DNA from: a virus
Lineage: Duplodnaviria; Caudoviricetes
Strand: one strand, 5' to 3'
Virus record (IMG/VR): IMGVR_UViG_3300037461_001438
Location: 26,477-90,476 of that record
DNA: 64,000 nt
Below the pieces are notes generated by a model. The model was given only the letters and a program-made list of their open reading frames with translations. It ran no database searches and was not told the origin of the DNA. Made by a program: the position numbers and the translations under genes. Below, piece after piece: positions 56,064 through 64,000 of the stretch (position 1 is its first letter; every line of letters begins with the position of its first letter).

Positions 56064-57119
56064 ATGCCTGACGCAACAGCCATCACCACGAAGTACCCGG
56101 AAGTGAAACCCTCGGATTTGATCGAGCTGGGGATCGCCCTCGCCAAATCACGCCAACCGCTGCTCGTCATCGGTCGGCCGGGGATCGGCAAGACCGACAT
56201 CATCAAGAAGATCGGCTCGACCATCGACTACGATGTCAGAATCTCGCACCCAGTGGTCGACGACCCGGTCGACTACAAGGGCATGCCGTTCACCTGGGCC
56301 GACAAGATAGCCAAGCGCCAGAAAGCCGGCTTCCTGCCGTTCGGCGACCTGGAGTTCCTGATCGAGGCGAAGAAGCCGACGATCCACTTTGCCGACGACC
56401 TGGGCCAGGCGGCCAAGCTGACGCAGGCAGCCTACATGCAGCTCATGCTGACCCGCGCAGTCAACGGCCACAAAATCTCGGATTTCATCGTCTTTTTCAG
56501 CGCCTCGAACCGTAAAGAAGACAAGGCCGGCGTCGGCGGCATGCTCGAGCCCCTGAAAGACCGCTTCGCCACGATCGTCGAGCTCGTCCCGGATGTGGAC
56601 GACTGGGTCGGCTGGGCGATTCAGGCCGACATGCCCTTCGAGCTGATCAGCTATGTTCGCTACAGGCCAGAGATTCTCGCCGATTTCAAACCGACGTCCG
56701 ATTTCACGAGAACGGCGACCCCGCGGGCCCTCGAGGGGGTCGGCAAAATGATGAAAGCCGGCATCCCGAGCCACCTGCAGCGTCGGGCCTTCAGCGGCGC
56801 CATCGGCAAGGAGCGTGCGAGCGAATTTGTTGGATTCCTGGGGATCTACAAAGACCTGCCGGACCCGATGGACGTCATTCTGAACCCGAAGACGGCCCCG
56901 CTGCCCAAGGACGCCGCGGCGACATACGCCCTGTGCGGTGCGCTGTCGGCGAGAGCGACCGACCAGACGATCGAGGCCATCATCGAGTACAGCAACCGCC
57001 TCAAGGACGAGTTCAGCGTCCTGCTGGTGCGCGACTCGATCATGCGCGACCGCGACGGGCTGTGCAAAAACAAGAACTTCATCACCTGGGTCCACAAGCA
57101 TCAGGACGTTTTGATCTAA
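56064..57119 (+). CDS. MoxR/AAA_5-like ATPase
   Basis: GRPGIGKT, DYKGMP, FADDLGQA, SASNRKED, RFATI, TPRALE. Confidence 0.88.
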   Translation: MPDATAITTKYPEVKPSDLIELGIALAKSRQPLLVIGRPGIGKTDIIKKIGSTIDYDVRISHPVVDDPVDYKGMPFTWADKIAKRQKAGFLPFGDLEFLIEAKKPTIHFADDLGQAAKLTQAAYMQLMLTRAVNGHKISDFIVFFSASNRKEDKAGVGGMLEPLKDRFATIVELVPDVDDWVGWAIQADMPFELISYVRYRPEILADFKPTSDFTRTATPRALEGVGKMMKAGIPSHLQRRAFSGAIGKERASEFVGFLGIYKDLPDPMDVILNPKTAPLPKDAAATYALCGALSARATDQTIEAIIEYSNRLKDEFSVLLVRDSIMRDRDGLCKNKNFITWVHKHQDVLI

Positions 57120-57162
57120 TCGACGCAGTCGATTAGATCATTTTCGAAAAAAGGCACCCAAA

Positions 57163-57504
57163 ATGTTCCTCGCCGAAGCAACCAACTTCAAAGACATCGA
57201 GCTCAAGGACCAACCAGACTGGCTGGCCGATCACACAGTCCCATGCCCGAAATGCAAAGGCCACGGATACTGGAATCTCACGCTCGACGCCTACGGACCA
57301 GGCAAGCACTTCCAGTCCCTCTGTGGCTAGTGCAACGGGCATGGCTGGGTAAACAGCCCGGAAGACGCCAGATGCGTGCACGATCTGAAGGAGATCACGC
57401 CGGATCGCGTCCTGGAGCTCGGCTTCCGACACATGGGAATGTTCGATCATTGGTTTGAATGCCAAAAATGCGGAGCCACAAAGGCCTACGACTCGTCGGG
57501 ATAA
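57163..57504 (+). pseudogene. Zinc-finger protein gene interrupted by an in-frame TAG (codon 56)
   Basis: Manual translation: CPKCKGHGYW...LCG*CNGHGWV...CVH...CQKCG...YDSSG; the frame stays open on both sides of the TAG at 57328-57330. Confidence 0.8.
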
Positions 57505-57507
57505 AAA

Positions 57508-57975
57508 ATGAGCGACCGATCATACTGCCAAATGCACATAAGGCCAGCTGATTTGCCGCTGTTCCAAAAAGTGGCGAATGGGAATCTCGAGCCTGAAAAA
57601 TATTCAACAAAAATTCCAGATATTATTACTTTTGAAGATGCGTCCGGAGGCGCCGAGAACGAAGAGTTTGATGACTTCGTGAATGAAAGGCTCACCTTTC
57701 TTGTTTATGACAGCGGCTGTCCGGGAGTTTGGATGCCATGTATCCGCGCATCGTGGTTCGGGGATGACCTGACGAGAATAACAACCGACTTCGACGAATT
57801 TTTCGTAACCGTCGACAAAGACGGGAACCCAAACCAAAAAGAAATTGAAGATTTAAAGATTTTTCTTAAAATTTACAACAAAGTCATGTCTTACATTTCC
57901 AACGATTTTTATTCAGACAAAAAACTCAAAGCTGAAATCGCCAAACAGGTCATCCTGGGAAATGCGCGCGCATGA
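57508..57975 (+). CDS. Hypothetical protein
   Basis: 155-aa AT-rich ORF abutting its neighbours. Confidence 0.6.
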   Translation: MSDRSYCQMHIRPADLPLFQKVANGNLEPEKYSTKIPDIITFEDASGGAENEEFDDFVNERLTFLVYDSGCPGVWMPCIRASWFGDDLTRITTDFDEFFVTVDKDGNPNQKEIEDLKIFLKIYNKVMSYISNDFYSDKKLKAEIAKQVILGNARA

Positions 57976-58370
57976 TCCAATTCAACCAATGGAACAAGAC
58001 CACAATCCAGGTCGGTCTTGAAGGAGCGGTTTTCATATTCGTCCATCGCCTGCCCTTTGCAATACGCGCCAAGGAAGACAAAACGACATTCATCAACGCG
58101 GCCATGTGCCAGATGGGGTCCGACGCGCTCGAATGCTACGAAAAGCTCCAGATGATGAACTGGAAAACGGAAAAGCTTCTGCCAGATCAGTTCCGCGAAA
58201 AGGCAAAAGAGGCCTACGCCGGAGCGATTCTCGACGGCGCGCGGCGGATCGGAATGGAATGCATCAACTTGAAGGAGAAGGAAAATGACAATCTCGACAA
58301 AGGCCGTTCTGGTCACGTTACAAATCGAAATGCTCGGAACCGAAGAGCGCGATCGAAAACTGTCGGCTGA
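57972..58370 (+). CDS. Hypothetical protein
   Basis: ATGA overlap with the previous gene. Confidence 0.55.
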   Translation: MIQFNQWNKTTIQVGLEGAVFIFVHRLPFAIRAKEDKTTFINAAMCQMGSDALECYEKLQMMNWKTEKLLPDQFREKAKEAYAGAILDGARRIGMECINLKEKENDNLDKGRSGHVTNRNARNRRARSKTVG

Positions 58371-59148
58371 CGTCAACCTGAACTATCTCACCGTCAACGC
58401 CGGCTTCTACCACAAATGCAAAATTGACAAGCGGCACCTGCGCCCGGTGCGCGCGGCCGCCCACGTGGCAAGGATCTATCATCGCAAAAACACCGTGCCG
58501 TGGGATGGCTACGCGCGGCTTCTTGTGGCGAGCAAGGCGCTCGAATACGCCAACAAGATGTCCGAATTCAAGATCGGCTTTGAGAACGCCGTCAACGACC
58601 TGAAGCTTGCCTGGCCGTCGATCGTCCAGGCCGAGCAGGTACGGCTTGGCGGCAATCTGTTCAATCCGGCTGATTATCCGAATCAGGCCGAGCTCGATAA
58701 ATATTTTTCATTCGGCCACCAGATTGAGCCGGTGCCGGACAAGAGCCACCTCGTGCTGGACATCGAAAATGAGGTCCTGGAGGAGATCAAGAACAAGCTC
58801 GACCAGGAAAACAAAAACCGTATCGAGGACGCCAAGAAGGAGATGTACGTGAAGCTCCTCGAGCCGGTCAGCCGCATGGCCAACATCTGCACGAACGACA
58901 AGAAAGTCTACGACACCATGATCAAGGACGTCGTGGAGGTGACATCGCTTCTGACCGAGCTCTCGAACGCGTCAATCGGCGACAAGGAGCTGCTCAAAAA
59001 GCTCGAAGACGTCAAAGTGAAACTCGTCGGCTACACCCCTGGCCAAATCCGGAATGACAAAAAGCTCAAAAAGCAGCTCGGGGCCCATGCAAGCGTGATT
59101 GCCAATGAAATCCAAAATAAGCTCGGGATGGCGCCACAGCCAAACTGA
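58285..59148 (+). CDS. Conserved MoxR-module accessory protein (DUF3150-like)
   Basis: AVLVTLQI...RDRKLS...HRKNTVPWDG...FNPADYP pattern; sits between the AAA and vWA genes. Confidence 0.65.
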   Translation: MTISTKAVLVTLQIEMLGTEERDRKLSADVNLNYLTVNAGFYHKCKIDKRHLRPVRAAAHVARIYHRKNTVPWDGYARLLVASKALEYANKMSEFKIGFENAVNDLKLAWPSIVQAEQVRLGGNLFNPADYPNQAELDKYFSFGHQIEPVPDKSHLVLDIENEVLEEIKNKLDQENKNRIEDAKKEMYVKLLEPVSRMANICTNDKKVYDTMIKDVVEVTSLLTELSNASIGDKELLKKLEDVKVKLVGYTPGQIRNDKKLKKQLGAHASVIANEIQNKLGMAPQPN

Positions 59149-59598
59149 AAAAGTGGAGCTTGTAACAATAAATGCGGTATCGAGGCAGTCTTCCCATTGG
59201 ATAACTCAAGATCAATTCATCAACAGGCCGCTGTTTTTAAGCTACATCCATGGGGACATTCTGCGCGTTAAAGACCCGCTGGCGCTCTATTGCCCGGGAA
59301 AATGGTTCGCCGTGATCGTAAGAAGCTATGAAAACCATAACATATCTTAAAGAAGAAATTCATGAAACAGGTGGGATAATTCAAATACTCAAAATGTCCA
59401 CCGGGTCGGTTTGGCATCATAGAAAAAACGAAATAGAGGGGATCATCGTCCAATTAAAAGGCATAAACAGGTCTTTATATTTTGCAGCATACATCATTGG
59501 ATATAAAGACATCTTAAATTTAATTCCATCGGAAATAAAACAAAGCAAAACGCTTACAATAGAGTCTTACATGACAATCCCCGAAGGGAGAATCTACA

Positions 59599-60939
59599 AT
59601 GCCGCAACTACCCCCCGACAGAATGGTCAGTAAAGCACTGATCAAACTGACAACCAATGACCCGTTTTTCGGCTGCATCGCCATGCGGTTGAACGTCGAG
59701 CCGGTAGACGAGCACTTCATGAAGATCTTCAAGAGCACCCGCGGCTTTGATTTCACCATGGCGACCGACGGCAAGAGCCTGAAATACAGCCCCGATTGGG
59801 TCGCTCAGCAGCAGTTAAACGACCTGGTCGGCGTCCTGGCGCACGAGGCGGCCCATGTCGCGCTTAAACACAATGTCCGGCGCGGCGCCCGCGACATCAA
59901 TAAATGGAACATCGCCTGCGATCTTGCGATAAACGGCCACCTGGTCGAATCGGGCTATTCGTTGCCGGGCTACGATGACGACGCAAAAAAGCAGTCGCTG
60001 CAGCAGTACACCAGCATGTCGGCAGAAAAGATCTACGCGACCATTCCGGACGGGCCTCCAGGCGGGCAGAACCCGCCGCCGCAAGGCCAGAACCCGCCGC
60101 CGCCAGGAGGGGACGGGGGAGGATCTGCCCCTGAACCTGACGAAAATCAAAATCAACAGAAACAAGATCCTTGGCAAAATGCACCGCAGCCGCCAGGCGG
60201 GATTCTCGACCACCCGGAACTCAACCCGAAAAACCCAAACAGCCAAAAGGAGATCGAGGAGCAGCAGGACGGCGAGATCGAGGCTGCCTACAATGCGGCG
60301 AAGATGGCCGGCAACACCCCCGGCTGGGTCGACCGACTCATCAAGGGCCGGCGCAAGGTCATCACCGACTATCGCGAGCTTCTGCGCGACTGGATGGAGA
60401 AGTCGATCTTCAAGGGTGACTATTCCTGGTCGGTGCCGAACCGGCGCTACATTCCGCACGGGTTCTGTTTGCCAGGGTTTGCGCCGGAGCTCGACGAGCC
60501 GAACATCATCTTTGTGATGGACACATCCGGCTCGATCGGAGACGAAGAGGAGGAAGAGTTCGCAAGCCACATCAACTCGGTGCTCGAGGAATTCCCGTCG
60601 AGCTATACCATTATTTTCACGGACACACGCGTCCGCGGCCGGCAGGAGATTTCCCACGACGATCTGCCGATCGAGCTGCAGACAAAAGGCGGCGGCGGTA
60701 CGAACTTCAGCGACGTCATGCGGGTCATCAAAGAGGAATACGTCAAAAGCGACAGGCCGCCGCAGGGGGTTCTCTTCTTTACCGACATGGAAACGGGCTC
60801 CTTCGGCGACGACCCTGGCATCCCGGTACTGTGGCTTGTGCATTCAGTCTATGGCGACAACACACCGGAGGCACCGTTCGGCAAGGTTGTCGTCTGCAAA
60901 TCCCAAAAACAGCTCGAGGAAGAAAATGATAGCGTTTGA
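59599..60939 (+). CDS. DUF2201-like metallopeptidase plus vWA domain protein
   Basis: TMATDG, AHEAAHVALKH (HExxH), WNIACDLAIN, Pro/Gln linker, MDTSGSI (MIDAS), GGGGTNF, FFTD. Confidence 0.9.
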   Translation: MPQLPPDRMVSKALIKLTTNDPFFGCIAMRLNVEPVDEHFMKIFKSTRGFDFTMATDGKSLKYSPDWVAQQQLNDLVGVLAHEAAHVALKHNVRRGARDINKWNIACDLAINGHLVESGYSLPGYDDDAKKQSLQQYTSMSAEKIYATIPDGPPGGQNPPPQGQNPPPPGGDGGGSAPEPDENQNQQKQDPWQNAPQPPGGILDHPELNPKNPNSQKEIEEQQDGEIEAAYNAAKMAGNTPGWVDRLIKGRRKVITDYRELLRDWMEKSIFKGDYSWSVPNRRYIPHGFCLPGFAPELDEPNIIFVMDTSGSIGDEEEEEFASHINSVLEEFPSSYTIIFTDTRVRGRQEISHDDLPIELQTKGGGGTNFSDVMRVIKEEYVKSDRPPQGVLFFTDMETGSFGDDPGIPVLWLVHSVYGDNTPEAPFGKVVVCKSQKQLEEENDSV

Positions 60940-61504
60940 CATAGACGGATGTTTCTTGGATGTCATGCCCCGCATGCGGCAGGAGCTTTCATTGCGCAGC
61001 TATAAAGTCATCAGCGGGGAAAACGATTACTGGGTCAAAACGGCCCCGTCGATCGAGGACCATGAATGGACGAATCTGTGGGAGCATGTGTTCCTCGATT
61101 TCAAAAGCACCAAGCCCTACGACGGGGCCGTTGACTTCATGATGGAGCTCTACGGCAAAACCCAAAAGCCGATCTATTTCATCACCTCGCGAAACGCCCG
61201 GCACGCCACATCGACATACCGGGCCATCCGGCATTATTTGAAAGTCCCCTTCACGGTTGCCTTCGCGAACAGGCCGTTTCGCAAGGTCGATTACATGCAG
61301 AATTGCAGATGGATCGTCGAGGACAACCCGGAAGAAATCATGATGCTGAATGCAAACGGTTATCAGGTCATCATGCCAGAGCGCCCGTGGAACAAGAAGA
61401 TTCAGGAACTGAACAACAACCCGATGTCGACCATACGGATTCCGACGTTTGAAATCGGCCAACTTTCAAGACACATCATCATGTTTACCGAGGCCAACAA
61501 ATGA
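60926..61504 (+). CDS. HAD-superfamily 5'(3')-deoxyribonucleotidase-like protein
   Basis: IAFDIDGCFLD (DxD), YFITSR, IVEDNP, PWN. Confidence 0.82.
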   Translation: MIAFDIDGCFLDVMPRMRQELSLRSYKVISGENDYWVKTAPSIEDHEWTNLWEHVFLDFKSTKPYDGAVDFMMELYGKTQKPIYFITSRNARHATSTYRAIRHYLKVPFTVAFANRPFRKVDYMQNCRWIVEDNPEEIMMLNANGYQVIMPERPWNKKIQELNNNPMSTIRIPTFEIGQLSRHIIMFTEANK

Positions 61505-61592
61505 TTGAGCTTATCGCCAAATTGATTTTCGAGACGCTTCCGCCAAAAGGCGACCCGCAGCGGAAACTTGCAAAGACAGTAGCGGAGATAGC

Positions 61593-61883
61593 ATGGCAAA
61601 CGGGAAATTCCTCTTCAAATATTTCTGCAAAGGCATCAGTGAAGAACAGCTGAAGCGGCAGACAGAGATCGAAAGCCTGGCCTGCATGAGTCTTGATATG
61701 TTCAGGACCATGCTGAACAACATCGAGCTGATTGAGCGGCTCGTTAAATTGCTGGACCAGGAGAGCTACAGCGATTTCTTCGAAGCCCACCCGGTCAAAA
61801 AATGGCTGCTTGAGCGCGCGGTCTATGAGCTGTCGCTTTATAAAATGAAGATTACTGAGCCACCCATTGTAGAACGACGATGA
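61593..61883 (+). CDS. Hypothetical protein
   Basis: GGAG Shine-Dalgarno, 96 aa. Confidence 0.5.
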   Translation: MANGKFLFKYFCKGISEEQLKRQTEIESLACMSLDMFRTMLNNIELIERLVKLLDQESYSDFFEAHPVKKWLLERAVYELSLYKMKITEPPIVERR

Positions 61884-62233
61884 AGGACTTCGATTTCAAG
61901 AAAAACGATTACGAAGAGAAAACGGCGTCTGCCTACACGTCAATTTCATTTAACACATATTTAGACAGCACAATTAGATGGATACCCGCTACCGTCAAAT
62001 CAAAAACAGAGGCCATAGAATTGTTGAACAAAGAAACAATACCAATCATATTGCGGCAAATCGAAAATGTAGAAGTAATGAAACTGATCTGCGAGCTGTT
62101 TCAGGAAAAAGATGAAGCCATAAAGAAATTGGCAAAGTCGAGGCCGATCGTCTACAAACTAATCAAAATGGCCAAATCCCAATTTTTAACAGAAATTTTA
62201 ATGAGAGATATAAAAATTGAAAATAAAAATTAA
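61880..62233 (+). CDS. Hypothetical protein (AT-rich)
   Basis: ATGA overlap, 117 aa. Confidence 0.5.
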   Translation: MKDFDFKKNDYEEKTASAYTSISFNTYLDSTIRWIPATVKSKTEAIELLNKETIPIILRQIENVEVMKLICELFQEKDEAIKKLAKSRPIVYKLIKMAKSQFLTEILMRDIKIENKN

Positions 62234-62319
62234 ATCGGGCCCACACAAAGGCAAAACCGTAACTCTCATCAGGCGAGGAGTGTCCGGCTGGTTTGTGGAG
62301 GGCCCGATCGAATATGTCT

Positions 62320-63636
62320 TCAACGATGAATTAGATTTGAAGTTATGTGATTTACAACCCCACGATCCTTCTGCCACAAAAAACCCTCGGCGGCGCGCAC
62401 GGCGTCGATGAAACCGAACTTATAGTGCCACGCGTCGATGGCAGACAAGGCCGGAATACGTCGGATCAGCACACCTGCCACTGTCTGGACTGGGAAATAC
62501 TTTTCCTCGTCTTTCTTGTGGATATGCCCGATGTGCCATTCCTTGAACCGGGCCTTCGCCATCAATCCCGGCCACTCAACCATCATCAGATTTGGCAGCT
62601 TTGCGATCTTCTCGTTTGCGCCATGGGCGAACGCCAGAAGCGAGTCGCCATAAATGATTGCCTTCCTATGCGCAGGCGAGATGTCGACCGAAAGATGCTT
62701 CTCGCCGCGGCCCTCGTAATAGGCCTTGATGACCCGCATCAGAAAGTAGCTCGTTTCAGGATCATGATTTCCCGGCACCCAGATCAACTCGGTCGGCGCC
62801 ACTTGGAGGCACATGTCGACCGCCTTGAAAACTGCCATCAAACCGGCCTCGAAGATTTTCGGCATCCGGGTGTCCATGTCGAGCTGGTGTTTTCCCTGCG
62901 GGGTGAAGCCTTCGGGGTTGTTAATATGAAAGAAGTCCTGGCCGATCGGAAACACGATTTTCTCGATGTTCTGGTTCGTCGCCCTCGAAATAATGTCCTC
63001 GCAGGCATCGACGTAAACCCTCTCGGCGATCTCGGTATCGTAGTCTTCCTGGCGTGTTTCCTTCGCCCAGGCAAGCTTTCCGAAGTGGGCATCGTAGAGA
63101 GCGATCTCGAGCATGCAAGCGTCAAGCGAGGTTTTGTATTTTCGGGGGCTGCTTTTAATCGGATTCTCAATAAGGCGGGTGACAAGCTGGTTTAATGCGG
63201 CATCGATGGGTTTTACAATTCGCGGGACAAGATCGATTCGGACTTGATAGTTTGTTCTTTGAACGATTCTTTCGGGACCGTCTTTTGTGTCCCTTATTTT
63301 CATACTAACTTGCCATGAATTGACCCTGCTTTGCTTGACCTGCCAGACATCCAGATCGACATTGGCCGCTGCAAGCGCTTCGTCGACCGTGCTGATCGTC
63401 AACGATTCGACGACCAGCTGGAACTTGTCGTCCTCGATGATTCTCTTGATCGTTTCGCTTTCTTCTTTGAAAGACTCTGTTTCGCACGACAAACCGTTCT
63501 TCAGAACGGACATGACGCGGTAGGACTCGCGGACGTCGAGCCCTACCGCTGAGGCAGCCTTGAGAACATTTGGCCACGTACCGTGTTTTTCCCGGTGTTC
63601 CTTGGCTAATTGGATTAGCCGCTCTTTTTTGGTCAT
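62320..63636 (-). CDS. Calcineurin-like metallophosphoesterase / exonuclease with N-terminal HTH
   Basis: YDAHFGK (DxH), GQDFFH (GD), VPGNHD, FAHG, IGHIHK. Confidence 0.85.
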   Translation of the reverse strand: MTKKERLIQLAKEHREKHGTWPNVLKAASAVGLDVRESYRVMSVLKNGLSCETESFKEESETIKRIIEDDKFQLVVESLTISTVDEALAAANVDLDVWQVKQSRVNSWQVSMKIRDTKDGPERIVQRTNYQVRIDLVPRIVKPIDAALNQLVTRLIENPIKSSPRKYKTSLDACMLEIALYDAHFGKLAWAKETRQEDYDTEIAERVYVDACEDIISRATNQNIEKIVFPIGQDFFHINNPEGFTPQGKHQLDMDTRMPKIFEAGLMAVFKAVDMCLQVAPTELIWVPGNHDPETSYFLMRVIKAYYEGRGEKHLSVDISPAHRKAIIYGDSLLAFAHGANEKIAKLPNLMMVEWPGLMAKARFKEWHIGHIHKKDEEKYFPVQTVAGVLIRRIPALSAIDAWHYKFGFIDAVRAAEGFLWQKDRGVVNHITSNLIHR

Positions 63637-63670
63637 TCATGCTGTCCCTTCCGCCCCGTCTTGAAAATCA

Positions 63671-64000
63671 TTATTTCGCGCTTGTGTCCTTAACGGCATT
63701 GGCGCCAGTCTTGAACTTTGGTTGATCGCCGCCAACAGGCTTCGGGAGACTCATCTCCTCATCCCCGTCCGGGGTATGGGTTGAAATCTCGCTACGGATC
63801 TGCGCCAAATCCTGCGGGGAGCAGTCCGGTGTCACCGTTTTGACGATCTTGTCCTGAACGATCTCGCGGAAGCGCTTGCTCTTGACCGAATCCATGGCGG
63901 TAACGGCGTTGTCGAGTGCGACCGCAAGGTCATCGATCGAAAACTCGGTCGTCCGGCTGATGTGGACGTCTTTGATGATTTTTTCCTGGCCGGCCCACTT
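63671..64000 (-). CDS. Partial gene running off the window end
   Basis: The minus frame of 63671..63895 stays open to the window edge (KWAGQEKIIKDVHIS...). Confidence 0.6.
   Translation of the reverse strand, partial: KWAGQEKIIKDVHISRTTEFSIDDLAVALDNAVTAMDSVKSKRFREIVQDKIVKTVTPDCSPQDLAQIRSEISTHTPDGDEEMSLPKPVGGDQPKFKTGANAVKDTSAK

Noticed and set aside
2159-63195. Long ORFs antisense to or overlapping real genes (e.g. 2159..3508, 22244..23155, 38781..39806, 43546..44505, 52720..53754, 56148..57101, 59815..60843, 62347..63195)
   Set aside because: They are shadow frames of GC3-biased genes that have clear motifs on the other strand; they show no motifs or Shine-Dalgarno sequences of their own.
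1-64000. Genome-wide TAG-to-Gln recoding (code 15), suggested by the amber codon at 57328
   Set aside because: Multi-kb genes are open under code 11, TAG ends many clear genes directly before the next Shine-Dalgarno or start (17263, 35171, 44509), and no CUA-anticodon tRNA was seen.
1-64000. CRISPR array or IS element
   Set aside because: No regularly spaced repeat-spacer series or transposase was seen. The TnsA-like domain is embedded in the tape measure protein, with no TnsB/TnsC or transposon ends.

Overview
This window is a 64-kb segment of a large temperate tailed phage (long non-contractile-tail, lambda/T5-like tail module) shown in excised or free form, since an intact attP lies inside the window with phage genes on both sides. 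The standard genetic code fits. Layout from left to right: (1) tail module: a 5'-truncated >2000-aa tape measure protein carrying extra enzyme domains, a Dit-like protein, DUF1833, NlpC/P60, and a 2189-aa J-like tail tip with an AT-rich receptor-binding insert; (2) a lysis and accessory block with three candidate cell-wall hydrolases; (3) attP (3' half of tRNA-Pro(UGG)), tyrosine integrase, excisionase and CI-like repressor; (4) replication genes: SNF2-like helicase, ssDNA-binding/annealing-like protein, RepB-type primase, UvrD helicase, VRR-NUC, and further on dUTPase and ATP-dependent ligase; (5) a long run of small accessory genes with one atypical tRNA-Ile and two tRNA-shaped RNAs whose anticodon arm is replaced by a ~100-nt branched insertion; (6) an 830-bp non-coding ori/pac-like region; (7) a GC-rich, hairpin-dense 'early'-like island with OB-fold proteins; (8) a MoxR AAA / HExxH-vWA module and a HAD nucleotidase, then convergent minus-strand genes. 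The most interesting candidates are: a three-part cassette of a ubiquitin-like -GG protein, a Cys/His partner and a tRNA-like RNA (41182-42196); the two expanded tRNA-like RNAs; the polyvalent tape measure protein (HExxH, TnsA-like nuclease, SLT); and the OB-fold/hairpin island with shared degron-like tails. All family assignments come from motif recognition by eye; no database search was run.
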